Below, piece after piece: positions 24,310 to 36,726 of a stretch of 64,000 nucleotides of DNA. Positions within the stretch are counted from its first letter, which is position 1. The number at the start of each line of letters is the position of its first letter. Under the pieces are notes generated by a model. The model saw only the letters and a list, made by a program, of their open reading frames with translations, ran no database searches and was not told the origin of the DNA. The position numbers and the translations under genes were made by a program. The stretch comes from Sphaerodactylus townsendi (lineage: Eukaryota): the NCBI RefSeq assembly GCF_021028975.2, contig NC_059437.1, positions 34,968,001 to 35,032,000 on the forward strand, read 5' to 3'.

Positions 24310-26008
24310 GTAAGTAAAGAATACTTGCTAGTACTGAATTTCATATGCCAGTCAAGTTTAGGGAGTAAACTGAAACAACTTACTTGGGTTGTATACACGT
24401 GGGCTAAACACAGACTTTCCTTTGACATGCTGTATGTGGCTGTATTGTGGCAGTATTGTGTAACTGCAGCCTCTGAAGACTCCAGTACTGAGACTTTTCC
24501 CTGAATGCTATAGCAAGCTTTCACTTCAGTGCAGTGTTTCCCTGTGGGTGGGGGTGGGGTGGGATGGGGGTACTAGGAGTAATTCTTAGAGTACATAAAA
24601 TACAAAACCATATTGTTGAAATGAGCTGATTGGGTCATCTCTGTAGTCTTTCTGGCTGTGTCATGCAACAGGAATTGCTCCTGAAACTATTCTGAAAATA
24701 TGAAGTATTTCTGTGCTGTTCTATATGCTGGTTGTAAGCTGTAGAGCAATGATACTGTGTGACTCGGGAGCCACATGTGGTACTGTTCTCCATTGTTGCA
24801 CCTGCCCCATGTTTCAGGAAAGTTGGCAAGACCATTGCCTAGAGGGCCTCATAATTGGCAGATGGCTTCAGGGAAAGTATAAATCAAATCAAATAAATAA
24901 ATTGAAACAGCTGCCTCTAGAGGAGCCTGGGAAGTATAGACCTCATAGCAGGGATGGAAGAAAATGTGGCTTTTTTGGTTGATAATTGTAGGTGTGGCTC
25001 TCCACAAGCTTCAAAGAGTCTTACTGCTATAGACGCAATTGCTTGCTAATATATAACTTTGGGTCTCTATCCTGAACTGTGAAGGCAGGGAAGATGAGAG
25101 CTAGAACAGTGCTAAATGTTCAGAGTTTCTGTAGCATTTCTTTAAAATCCACTGCTGGAGGTATAAAACATTAAAGCTGCCTAGTATCAGTCCAGGCTGC
25201 ATTCTGTACAGTTGAATGTTCTGAATTCTGAATGTTGCCTGCATCTCTTATGCAAATACCATATTTCTGCTTGGTCTTGCTGAGTAGCCTTCAGCCTTTA
25301 TAGTAGCAGCAGCTCGTCTCTGTCAGTTTTCTATGTTAGCTTCATCACAACTGCTTTTGAGCTGGAAGTACAGTATGCAGTTACATTTCTAAACTGATGT
25401 GGTCAACCAAAGGGTACCTCAGAGTGACTTGCTAAGTGGTATGCCTGATCCAAAGTGTTCGACTACCATAGTATTCTGAGAGATTATTTGATCATCAGAG
25501 CAGGCAAGGCTAGCATTTCTGAGATAACAACTGAAGAGAAACCCGCAAGCTACTGCACTTTGTACTTACTCTTCCTGTGATTAACTGGGTGTTTCATTTG
25601 GGTTATGTGCTTATTATATAGGATTTATTCTACCAGTGAATGGATTAGCCAAGGAATATACAACAGCTTCACTGTTCCACATCAAAAATACAACTACATT
25701 TTTAGATGATGCTTTGCTGAATATCACATTGACTCAATTGTACTAATGTCAGTTTACTTCTGGTATGGTAAACAAGGTCTATGAGGTCACATGTTCCCGT
25801 CAAAACTGGCTGCCTGCCTAACTCTGGCCTTTTTGCAGCCTGGCACATAACTTCACTTGCTCGGTTGACACTTGTTTAAACACTGAAATTGACTTGCTAG
25901 CTTTCACTTCTGCATGTGGTAGAGGGCTTTAAAGGATGAGTACATACAAATGGTTTTATAAGCATTAACCTATGGAAATGACATGTAAAAATGTATCCTC
26001 CTTTCCAG

Positions 26009-26080
26009 CAAACCCTAGAAAGCCACTTGATAACTCCTCCTGAGATGCCAGGGCAGCCAGCCACAAAAAATATTTTACAG
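26009..26080 (+). CDS. EIF4ENIF1: EIF4ENIF1 coding exon 10
   Basis: QTLESHLITPPEMPGQPATKNILQ; ttccag| and |gtagtg. Confidence 0.92.
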
Positions 26081-26620
26081 GTAGTGTGAAGTATCTTTTT
26101 CTTGTAATGAGCCATTTTGGGGGCCCATTTTTATAGTCAAAGACAGGGTGAAGTATTAGAATCCTAGTACACCATTTGATAGAATGTTAATTTTAAAATC
26201 TCTTCTACTTTCTATGCATCGGTAAATTGTCTGGATTTGGGTGAATACAAATTTAATGTTAACATTTGCTGTGCAAAAGCACATTATGGCAAATACTTAT
26301 GAAGGTTGCATACTGTAAAGCTTAAACAAGCAGAGCTGGACTGGATAGGCAAGTTGTGTTGCAGCCTTGCAAATATAAAAGCTATTGCCTTGTCTGGTTT
26401 TAAATATACATCAATCTGTTTTGGAAAGTTAAATATTTTCCTTACCAATTATTCTGAGGTAATTATTGCAACAGGCTGTCTAGAATGCCCAGTCAAGGAG
26501 TAAATTCTTAAGACTTTATTTGATTCTGATGTATACTTTTGGGAAAAGCTTGGTACTATTGTTGTCAATCTTGCCAGGAAAATCAGTAGTTAAATTGCTG
26601 GGCTTTTTTTTCCTTCAAAG

Positions 26621-26801
26621 GAGATCCTTGGGCCACCTGCTGGCAGACCTACTTCCACCAATGTCCTCAGTGGCTTGATGAGTGGTTTGGAACCTGTAAC
26701 ACTCCTTGGCCAAAGAGCACCATCTCCTCCAATTTCACAGATGTTTTCTACCCGAGCTGCATCTGCTGACTATTTGAGACATCCAATTCCTACCCCAATA
26801 G
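26621..26801 (+). CDS. EIF4ENIF1: EIF4ENIF1 coding exon 11
   Basis: EILGPPAGRPTSTNVLSGLM...QRAPSPP...TRAASADYLRHPIPTPI|gtgaag. Confidence 0.95.
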
Positions 26802-27133
26802 GTGAAGACCTGCTTTCTATAAAACTTTCTTATTAGATTGCCTCTGATAAATCTGATATTTGTGACATTCAGTCGTCCTATCATCCTAGATATCTACCTC
26901 AGATGAGACCTTCCAACAAGCCAGACTAGGGCTTTGAATAATACCTTGGTCAAAACTGTAATGCTGTCTTAACTCATGAGTCATTTCTTCTCTGTTTCAG
27001 AGAGCCTGAATATACTACATATACTACATTTGTTCTGAACTTGTACTAGCATGCAGTCTTAGAGATCAGAACAAGAAAAACCTGTATTTGGGGCCTAAAT
27101 CACCATAGAGACTTACTGTTGTTGTCTTTATAG

Positions 27134-27213
27134 GCTTTGGACCAGGTTCTCAGCAGTTGCTTGGTGATCCATTTCAGGGGATGAGGAAATCAATGAGCCC
27201 AGCTGCTGCACAG
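27134..27213 (+). CDS. EIF4ENIF1: EIF4ENIF1 coding exon 12
   Basis: GFGPGSQQLLGDPFQGMRKSMSPAAAQ|gtgaca. Confidence 0.94.
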
Positions 27214-28605
27214 GTGACACTCTGAACTTTTCTACCTTTCAGGATGTAATCTGGAAATGTGGGTCGAAAGAGAAATAGAATGAGGGTCACATGATGTATT
27301 ACTGGCTCATGGGGTGGTGTCACATTGAGTAGTATGTGTAGCAAAAATGGTATTTTCAATTAGATGGCATTAATGCGATGTCCTCATAAGACAGCACCAT
27401 ACCTGCTAGGCCTATACAATCTAGCACCAGGGTGGAAGAAGTGTTAACTTCCCCCACCCACAGTAGGAATTAGCATTTTGGTCAAAGGTTAGGGTGTGCT
27501 CTGTGTACCCCAGTGGCAAGCACCAGGACCAATATGCTAGCGATTTAGCATGATTTATATTACTGCCCATGAACAGGTAATAAGAATAGAAAGTTGTGTA
27601 AGATTGAGTGCTGTAGGCCCAGTATGAAGGGTCCCTGTATTAGAGAAACTGTAAAAGACATCCTGTCTCTTGAGTCTATCTGCCTTCTACGTGGTTAAAA
27701 GATTTGAAACTTTGGTTTAGGTCACATAAAATATATACTGAAGGGTTGGGTATAGATTTCTGTTGTCCCACTTCTGCTTACTGAAGCTGTTTCTGCTGCA
27801 CAAGAATACAAGACAGTATTTGTGGTCAGGAGTATTTGTGGTCAGGAGCAAAGTCAGAACTTTCTATGATCAGTATGTGTAGAACTGAGGGTTATTTTGG
27901 GCTTACCTCAGCTTTCAGCTACAGTCAGAACATTGAGGGTTGAGGTAGGAACTTAAATGATCTTGTGTTTGTTGATTGGCCCAAAAGGTTTGAAGACCTA
28001 ATAGCCAGTCTATGATTTTTCAGAGCTCTACTCCATATACTCGTCATTCAGAGCAAAGATTGATACTTTCCAGAGAGAGACTGTCCCGTAATGGCACCCT
28101 CAGATGTCACATGCTCTTCCCACAAATGTGATGCCTGGCATTTTGGATGCTGGGATTAGGTTTAATGATTTATTCTCCCAAAATTGTTCACTTTGGATCC
28201 ATTAATGTCTAGTTTGCTTGGTCTGTGGTTTCTGTTGGCTTAAGTTTACCAGCTACTGTTGGTGAATCTATATCAGACTACCCCTCCTGCAGACTAGCCC
28301 ATAACCCATTTACTAAGCCTTAGATGTTTGAAGAAGGAAACTCCCATATTCTTGTCTGCTCACAATTAGCTGCACCTTGTTTTTTCTCCAGACCTTCTGT
28401 AATCTTCTCTGAATAGTGTGCACTCTCCTGACCTCTTTGGAGTTAGGACTAGGTAAAATGTGCTAGATTTTTGAATTAATTTAGCTTGTGCAGAGTAGAG
28501 AAGCACAAGGGAATGCTTAACTTCTAAGTAGTTGAACTGCCAGCTTGACTAAATAATTTGCCATTCTGCAATTGTACTACATAATCGTGAGTAGTAAGTC
28601 TACTG

Positions 28606-29038
28606 CAGGGGTCGGGAACCTTTAACACTCAAAGAGCCATTTGGACCCTTTTTCCATGGGAAAAGAAAACACTTGGAGCCGCAAATAATTTTTGACATTT
28701 AAAATAAAGATAACACTATATATATAGGGTTTTTTTACCTTTTACTCCGCTCATTCTGAGAAGTGCATGGATGCGCCCACCCTGCAGGCAGCAGGGCGGG
28801 CAAGGATGAAGCCGGCGGCTCGGCCCTTCTGGCCGCCGGGAAAGTGCCCGCCCCGCTCTAATGGGGCGGGCGAGAGGGGAAGCCCGTGGCACGGCCCAGC
28901 CGACAGTGGGCAGTTGGTGCGCCCGCCCTGCTGCCTGCAGGGTGGGCAAGGATAGGGCCAGCGGCTCAGCTTGTGGAGCCACAGTGCAGGGGCAGAAGAG
29001 CCGCATGCGGCTCTCGAGCCGCAGGTTCCCTACCCCTG
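28606..29038 (+). mobile_element. Non-autonomous hAT element, GC-rich interior, same end family as 12950
   Basis: TIRs caggggtcgggaacct/aggttccctacccctg; perfect TSD gtctactg. Confidence 0.9.
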
Positions 29039-29198
29039 GTCTACTGTGTAATATGAAAATACTACCTTGACGATTATGTCAATGTGAAACTTTTAAGTAT
29101 TGGCATCCTGCAACAAGTAAAATCAACTACTTTTAGTAGTACGTGATTATCTTGAGGCTCTGCTTGTTAATTATTTCATACTGCTTCCTTCACTTCAG

Positions 29199-29338
29199 AT
29201 GAATCAACTTGAGTTACAGCAAGCTGCATTAGAAGGACACTCTCTATCACATGACTTAGCCATGCAAATGTCAAACTTCTACCAGCCAGGCTTTGGTAAA
29301 CTCCAAATGGACAAAAACAGAGATGGCTTCAGGAACAG
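29199..29338 (+). CDS. EIF4ENIF1: EIF4ENIF1 coding exon 13
   Basis: MNQLELQQAALEG...NFYQPGFGK...RDGFRNR|gtaagc. Confidence 0.95.
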
Positions 29339-29897
29339 GTAAGCCCAAACATCAAATCTGCCGTCTTAGACCAGTGCCAGACTAATTCAGTGCTGCTTCC
29401 ATTTTGTCCTATCTCATTTTTGCAGGTGGTCCATAAGGTGCTCCAAATGTTGAAATTCAGATCTCATAATTCCTAGGAATAAAGAACTGTGCTGACTTGC
29501 AAAAATTTCAGTTTTAGAAAATATTTGAGTTCATGTGGTTAAATTCAGTACTTTTTGCTTTGCATCCATAAAAGTCATTGTGTTCAACTCTTTATAGAGA
29601 TCAGACTGATCACTACAGTTTATGGTGGAAATATTCTAGTAGAGTGGGAACTGGAAGGGCTTGATGAGCTAGTGACTTGTCTTTCCCCACTGATTAGCCT
29701 AACTATCTCTGAGTGAATACTTCAAGATGCTATGTTCATAATATGTCATAGACAGGCTTGATGTCTTGCCTGGGAAAATTTGAGTCACTGCTATATATTG
29801 TTTTTGCTTTAGACGTGAAAAGTAGGCCCAGTGATTCTGTTGCTTAGTTGCCAACAGAACTGTAAGGAAGGGTGTCAATAACATGTCCCTTTCGTAG

Positions 29898-29985
29898 GCA
29901 GCAACGGATGACTAAATCTCCTGCTCCTCTTGGCCACAGAGGGAATACATCTCCTCCAGCGCATGCTGCTTCCATCACCAGCATG
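29898..29985 (+). CDS. EIF4ENIF1: EIF4ENIF1 coding exon 14
   Basis: QQRMTKSPAPLGHRGNTSPPAHAASITSM|gttagt. Confidence 0.94.
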
Positions 29986-30331
29986 GTTAGTGCCACCTTG
30001 TCACTATGAAGGATTTGGAACTTAACTGTTTTTAGTTCCAAGTTGTGTGAGTTTGTTTAAATTACCTGAGAAAGAACTTAAGGCATTAAGTCTGTTATTG
30101 GGATGTACACAATGAAAATCTGTGCAACCAGGGTAACATGAGTGAGTGTTTTGGCTCCAGAACTTGACACTTCAATAACCTTTGCACTTTCCCCTTGTGA
30201 TTCTCATTAATTTACGTTCAATTGATTTCCTGGTCTTGGGTACTGGCTGTGGAGCGTCCCTGAATATTGTTTGCTAGTAGAGACTGGTTTGTGATATTGG
30301 ATGTTCATTTCTGATGTTTGGCTCTTTGCAG

Positions 30332-30461
30332 CTGTCTCCTTCCTTTACTCCTACCTCAGTAATACGCAAGATGTACGAAAGCAAAGACAAAAGCAAGGAT
30401 GAACCTAGTCCTTCAAAACTGAAATCCAGTGAGAAAGATGATGGGCCAAGGGCGAATGAAG
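30332..30461 (+). CDS. EIF4ENIF1: EIF4ENIF1 coding exon 15
   Basis: LSPSFTPTSVIRKMYESKDKSKDEP...|gtactg. Confidence 0.95.
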
Positions 30462-30800
30462 GTACTGTGTGTCATGATTGAAAATGAGAAACAAATGTCT
30501 GGTTGATACAGGGATCTAAAAGCAAGCCAGAGTTATGTCCACATGGAAATTCTTGCCACCACCTGCAAAATTGTGACTTTAAAAATACACACCAAACTTC
30601 AGGAGAGCAGAACACTTTCTTTAAGGTGTAAAGCTTCTGACTGGAATGCAAGATATTGACAGAAGTTTTATAGATCAAGTGTCATAGAGGCCAAATGAGG
30701 AACCTGTAAATAGTACAAAAACTAGGGTGTTTTGACAGCAATGAGATGAGTTCTAGTTCTGTTACCTTTATTTCATTCAAAAGTTGTGTTCTCTTCACAG

Positions 30801-31145
30801 AGATCCTACTGCCACCTAGGTCTGTAGACCACGTCGATCAAGAGAATGCTCCTTCCATTGGTACCAAGCTAGTGTCATTACAGCGCTCAGCATGTACAAC
30901 ACCACTTTCTCAGACAAATCGTTGCACCAAAGAACAAGACTACAGGCCGAAGTCTACTGGAAGAAAGACTCCTACCATCGCTTCTCCAGTGCCTGGAGCA
31001 CCTTTTCTCCGTCCTGTCCAACAGGTTCCCCTGGTTCCTCATGTACCAATGGTACGCCCTGCTCATCAACTGCCCCCAGCATTAGTCCAGAGGATGCTGG
31101 CACAAGGTGTTCATCCACAGCATCTTCCGCCTCTTCTGCAAGCAG
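30801..31145 (+). CDS. EIF4ENIF1: EIF4ENIF1 coding exon 16
   Basis: ...TKEQDYRPKSTGRKTPTIASPVPG...QRMLAQGVHPQHLPPLLQA|gtatac. Confidence 0.95.
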
Positions 31146-31551
31146 GTATACTTTATTCAAATAATGGGAAATAAAATAAAACAAAGGATCTCTGTCACAA
31201 GGTTTGAAAGGATACTACTTGAGCAACCTTTTTTCTCATGAGGGTGAAAACCATTAGCATTATGAAAACTGGTCTTTTGATTAGACTGCAGTTATAAGAA
31301 TGCAGTGAGAATGTTTTTCAGCAGTTTCACCTAATTAAAGGTACAGATGTTTGGTTTAAAATACTACATTTCAGAGAAGTAATACCTTAAGTTTCTAACT
31401 GAAAATGTAATGGCACGCATCCTGATGTATAACATTAAGGCGGATGTTGTAGTTTGGCTGAAACTGCAAACCATTGTTTGAATTGCTGTCTCTAGGTTAG
31501 AAATGTGCAAAATTGATTGCAGCTTCTCCCATTCTTGATTTTTTTCCCCAG

Positions 31552-31716
31552 GGGTGATCCCTCCTGGAGTAGACTTGACTCACTTACAAGGAGTATCAGC
31601 TCCCATCCTTAGTCAAGCTTGCTACCCACTGCCGACAGCTGGCCACCCTCTTTTGAACCCACGCTCTGGAACACCTCTGCAGCTGGCAGTGATGCAGCAG
31701 CAGCTACAGAGATCAG
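31552..31716 (+). CDS. EIF4ENIF1: EIF4ENIF1 coding exon 17
   Basis: GVIPPGVDLTHLQGVS...HPLLNPRSGTPLQLAVMQQQLQRS|gtaggc. Confidence 0.94.
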
Positions 31717-32516
31717 GTAGGCCTGGTTTACAAGAACTGGGACTTTTGAACTTGTACATGGTATTCTCAAAAGATAGACTTAGCAAGCTACTGAAGGTGC
31801 ATGGGGAAAAAGCAGAATGCAGTATTCTGGCAACCTTGTTATATCTTCTGCTGGCAGCTAAGGTTCTTGAAAAGTGCTGGGTAAGGTAGCTTTTGATGTC
31901 ACCCTAAAAGCATGTGTTTGCATTGTGGAGTTTACACTTCAGTATTTCTTGGTCTGTCCTCTTCGCTCCTATGGAATTAAAGCAAGTCCATTCCTGCACT
32001 TACAGATTCCAGACAGTTGTTCATGAGTCTGTAAATATCTGAAAAAGGAGAGCTTGGTTTCAGTTGCTTAGCATGAAAACTCTCTAATCAGCAGCCTAGA
32101 AGGCTAGAGCTTCCTATTGCTGATTCAGAGTTTTAGAAACTGAGGGCTTGGCGGCATTGCTACCAGTGTATGTGTATGAAGTAGTTCTGCCCCAAATGGA
32201 AGTGAATGTCAGAAAACACAAACTATAACCAGCACTGGAGAATCTGTGCTTACCCTGTAGTGTGGTTTGCTGGGGTGGTTTTTTTTTTCTTTATCTTTAT
32301 TAACCTTTAATAGGCATAGAGTGGGGTGGTTTTTCTAACGCTGCATTGTGAGCCTTGATCAAGCTTCCCACCTAAGAAATCCTTACTGGTTTATGTATAT
32401 AAAAGTAAAGAATTTCTGGCCAGGTGTGAAAACAGATGCTCCACCACAAGCCTCCTTTTGAGTCTCATTGGTATTGGTGCTCAAGTCAAGAGTTATGTTC
32501 TCTTCTTCCCCCCCAG

Positions 32517-32743
32517 GCTCAAGTGCACAGGGATCTGCTATAGGTGTGCAGACAACTCCACCGAATATGCCATCTCGGACTGGACTCTCTCACATGCACT
32601 CACAGCTTGACCATCGTGCTAACCAGCGAAGCGGCTCTCCTGTTGGCCTTGCAAAATGGTTTGGCTCAGATGTCTTGCAGCAGCCTCTTCCTTCTATGCC
32701 ATCCAAAGTAATCAGTGTAGATGAACTGGAGTATCGGCAATGA
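32517..32743 (+). CDS. EIF4ENIF1: EIF4ENIF1 last coding exon (alternative in-frame acceptor at 32493)
   Basis: ...SPVGLAKWFGSDVLQQPLPSMPSKVISVDELEYRQ*, the conserved LSM14-binding C-terminus; spliced CDS sums to 2940 nt with all phases consistent. Confidence 0.95.
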
Positions 32744-34197
32744 ATAGCCACATGGGAGAGCAGGTACCTGTGCTGCTTTTGACTGGACATAGATGTCCTT
32801 GGGAGTCTGTCCTCCTGTGCTTCACTGGCATTTGTTTTTGGGGCCCTTTTGGTTTTAGCACTTTGTGCAAAATTCTTTTTTTTTTTTGAGTGACTAAAAG
32901 CACATGGCATTTGTCCCAGTTTCCATGTCTATATTGAGACTAAAGGATCTATTATAGACTGAACAGTGAACCCAGAAGAAACTCTGATGCAAGACAGTGC
33001 CAGTTTAATTCTGGAAGCATCTACTTTTTGTGTTTGGCTTTTTTTGTAAAATATGTGAATGAAGTGCTGGTATCCTCTTGGGGTAGAGGTAGCAGCTAAG
33101 GGTTCCTCACAGGGAATTAAATGTATAGACCCTTGTGTACAGACCAATGTATAAATGACTTTTTGTATATAACCATCAGATAGCTTTTTGAACCTATACA
33201 GCTGTACATAAGAGTAGCTGGTAAACTTAAGCTTTAGTTGGTGTGCCTATGGTTTGAATCTTTTCACTGTACATGTGGGACTTCTTTAAGATTAAAGGTG
33301 CATATGTCAAGTGTGAGTGAACAGGGTGAAGTTGCTTTGCCTCTTTGGTCTCCTCTGCAGTTTCTCCACTGCATCTTTTGTAATGTAACATGGTGGCAAT
33401 AACTGGCAGGAAAAATGACCACTGTACAGCCTGCATTACTCCTATCAAAGGAAATAACTTAAGCTCCTAACAGCACTGAAATCGGGACCTTCAGCATCTC
33501 CCTAAGCACTGAATGTGGGTTGTTGCAAACGTTATCTACTAGCTGCCTCCCCTAGACAGATTAAAGCATAGCAAGTCCTTTCCTCTGTTGGGGAAACCTC
33601 TAAAATTGCTTTTACCTAGTTAAAGGTCAAAAGCAGACCTTTAATTTCCCCTTTCTACCATCGGTGCTTTATGGCCAGTAGTTACAGTAACCCTATTCTG
33701 TCCTACTTCCAGCTGTATTCTGGAAAGGAGAGGCTTGATCAAATCCCAGATCAGCCTCTTGGGTTAGTTTCTCAGCAGTGAATTTTCAATTTACTAAGTT
33801 TTTTAAAATGGCTTTTTTACCATATAGCAACAGCTAAAGCATCACTGCATCTCCTCCGCTTCCTGCCTCCTTGTGGCGGGAAGTCTAATTTGGTGTTCTG
33901 TCCCTTCCCCGCCTCCAAAATAAAATAACAGCCTGATTTGCAAATTTAAGCTGTTAATCAAACTGCTGAAGTTTTGCAACATAACCGCATGCTGCGACTA
34001 GGATGGATGACTAGGAGTTACTGTTGAGAAATGACTTGTCTACTGCTTCAAAAATTACGGAGTCCACATGGGCCATCAATGACTGAATTCACTTTTTACA
34101 AAATACTCAAGTGTTACAACTTGCAGTCACTGCCTCATCCCTGTAAGATTGTTTCATAGCTTTTTAAAGTGACTTTTTCCCAAAAACTCATGCTGTA

Positions 34198-34203
34198 AAT
34201 AAA
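34198..34203 (+). terminator. Candidate EIF4ENIF1 polyadenylation signal AATAAA
   Basis: AATAAA about 1.45 kb after the stop, followed by a GT-rich tract (ctgtctgtctctgctgtgt); other candidates near 33291 (ATTAAA) and 33919. Confidence 0.5.
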
Positions 34204-34406
34204 GTCGATTCTACAAGCTGTCTGTCTCTGCTGTGTAAAGGAACATTCAGGTGTCTTGTTGGGTTCTGTCAGCTGCTGGCAGCAGCTACTTCTGGAATCT
34301 TGAAGGTCATTTTAATAGAGCTGTGTTTACATAGGGGCTGCTGTCATACTATACACACTGAGTATAAAGTACTCAACTAAAGCTTTATAATCACTGCAAT
34401 AATTTC

Positions 34407-34536
34407 CTATTGTCGAAGGCTTTCATGGCCAGAATCCCTACGATGTTGTGGGTTTTCTGGGTCATATGGCTGTGTTCCAGTAGTATTTTATCCTGACATT
34501 TTGCCTGCATCTGTGGCTGGCATCTTCAGAGGATCC
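34407..34536 (-). mobile_element. Penelope-like terminal fragment containing a degenerate hammerhead motif
   Basis: gtcgaaggctttcatggccagaatc...cctgacattttgcctgcatctgtggctggcatcttcagagg. Confidence 0.7.
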
Positions 34537-36619
34537 TATTGCTTTGACAGTTATGCCTACAGCGCTATGTTTTTGTTTTCTAGGTCAAAAATACATGAAA
34601 TACTGCTTTAAGCCAGTCTGAGTAAGAATACTAAGCTGGCTACTAAGGGCAGCAAATAGTATAATTTTTTAAAGCTTAACATAGTTTTACAGGACTATTC
34701 CAAATTTTTTACTGTTTATCAGTGGAAGGTATTCTTTCTCTCATCCATTAAGTAGAGTTATCATCCCTTTTGCTGGAAACAAGTACCTCCTTGTTCCAGC
34801 CCTGCCTGTTCTTTAGCAGCAGAGACTATACCTGCTCCCGAATTTACTTTTACCTCACTGGATGGAGAGGATAGATCTTTTCTTGCCTCTACTTTTTTTA
34901 AAGGAAAGGTGGAAGATGGACTTTTTGTTTTGCGAACGCATCTCCCATCTTGCACACACACTTTCAAAGAAGCCAAAAATTCTACTCTGGCTCTGGAGAG
35001 GATGATATGTAACACTGAGTCATGCCTCTCACTTGCTCTGCAAAGAAGGGCATATGTAAATTTACGAGGCTTCCACTTGTAGCTGGAGACAAATCTTGCC
35101 CTGCTTATTTTACAGAAAGATGAACTTCCATGTTTTCCCCTTGTGTTGGGCCTCAATAAAGCCACTGAATCCTTTTAGAATTCTATCTTCAACCAAAGGC
35201 AAATGAGAAGGATACCTTGCTGTTGCTGCTCTGCTTCCCTGCCAAGGTTCTGGTAGGGATGGTGAGTGTGCAACTGACCCTTCCCCACTTGGAGGCTTTG
35301 GTGGCAGTTTCAAAGCAGCATCTGAAAAATTTTTACATCTCTGTACTGGCTTCCTAGACCGTGGGAGCTACAGTTGGCAGCCATCAATAGAGACCATTCT
35401 ACATGTCACTGATTGGGACAAGCACATTTATATTCCAGTGGGACATACACACTTTTCAGTAAGGTCCTCCACCTGTGACTCAGTGGAGGCCCCAATTGCA
35501 TTGGGATCAGGCCTTTTCTACCTGAAGGCCATCTGTCTCAAATCATCAGGATGAGGACCCAGGACTAGGCAGGCTTTACCTGGATCAATTTGTAGTCCCA
35601 GCAAACAGGATTCCTGTCAGGGGTCTAGTCTGATAGAACCAGCAGTATTCAGACATGCTGTGACTCTTCAAACCCACTGACCTTAACAGGTTCAATTTGG
35701 AGCTAGCAAAAGTAGCTCATTGCTCTCTACTGGCCATGGGGTCCATAGAATCTTTAATCTAGTATCATGGGCTCAAGTCTCCATTTGCTGAAATCCTGCT
35801 GACAGTCATGTTTTCACCCTATCCGAGCTGATTTCTACCTAAAAATGGAAAGACGCTTAATTCTTCAGATAACCAGGTGTCTTCATTGAATGGCTTCCGG
35901 TGGATCTACCGCAAGTAACCTTATGCCACCCCTTTGAAGCCTGCACTGTGATAGGGTTGCAAAAAAGGATATTTAATTCCTACAAGATAGGGATTCTGTA
36001 AGCGCCTGCTCCTTCCTTCTAGGCAAACAAGTTAACTTAGACTGAGGCTCAATACTCTCAAATACCAGTAAGCTGCCCTTCCCTCCGTCTTCAACATGAT
36101 AAAAGCCCACTTTTTCTCTATGCAATTTCACTGAAGATTTTCTCAAGACAATGTCCTTCTGAGTCCACACAGCTTCCCTTCCTGGAACTTCTACAGGATT
36201 CTTTGGGTACTGCACTAATTGTAATTCAGACTTCTCAGGTTAAGTTCACAGCAAACCGTGACCACCTTTATGGCTATTACAACAACTCGGAGCATCCTGC
36301 AATTCTCCATGTCAGGCAGGAATTTTGCTCCTCCTTTAAGTGGGTTGTAATGCTGTTATAGACCTGTTTCATCCCTACGGTGACCTCAGATTATTTAAAA
36401 GCTTGATCCATAAAATATTCCATTCTTTGTGGCAAACCTTGAACCATTCTGCACTCAAGATTTGTCTTTAAAAATACCTAAGATTCCATGTGCATTCTCC
36501 AGCAAGTTCTTCTCCATAGGCTGAGGCAGTGAGAGCAGTCATAATTTGCCAAATTACCTTTTTTCACTAATGGATAATGTAAACACTGGTGGATGGAGGA
36601 TATCCTGAATCACCTAGAT

Positions 36620-36726
36620 CAGTGGTGGCGAACCTTTGGCACTCCAGATGTTAGGAACTACAATTCCCATCACTGATGGGAATTGTAGTCCATAACATCT
36701 GGAGTGCCAAAGGTTCGCCACCATGG
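36620..36726. mobile_element. Palindromic hAT-type MITE
   Basis: tggtggcgaacctttggcactccagatgtt with a near-perfect inverted copy; TSD acctagat/acctaggt. Confidence 0.85.
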
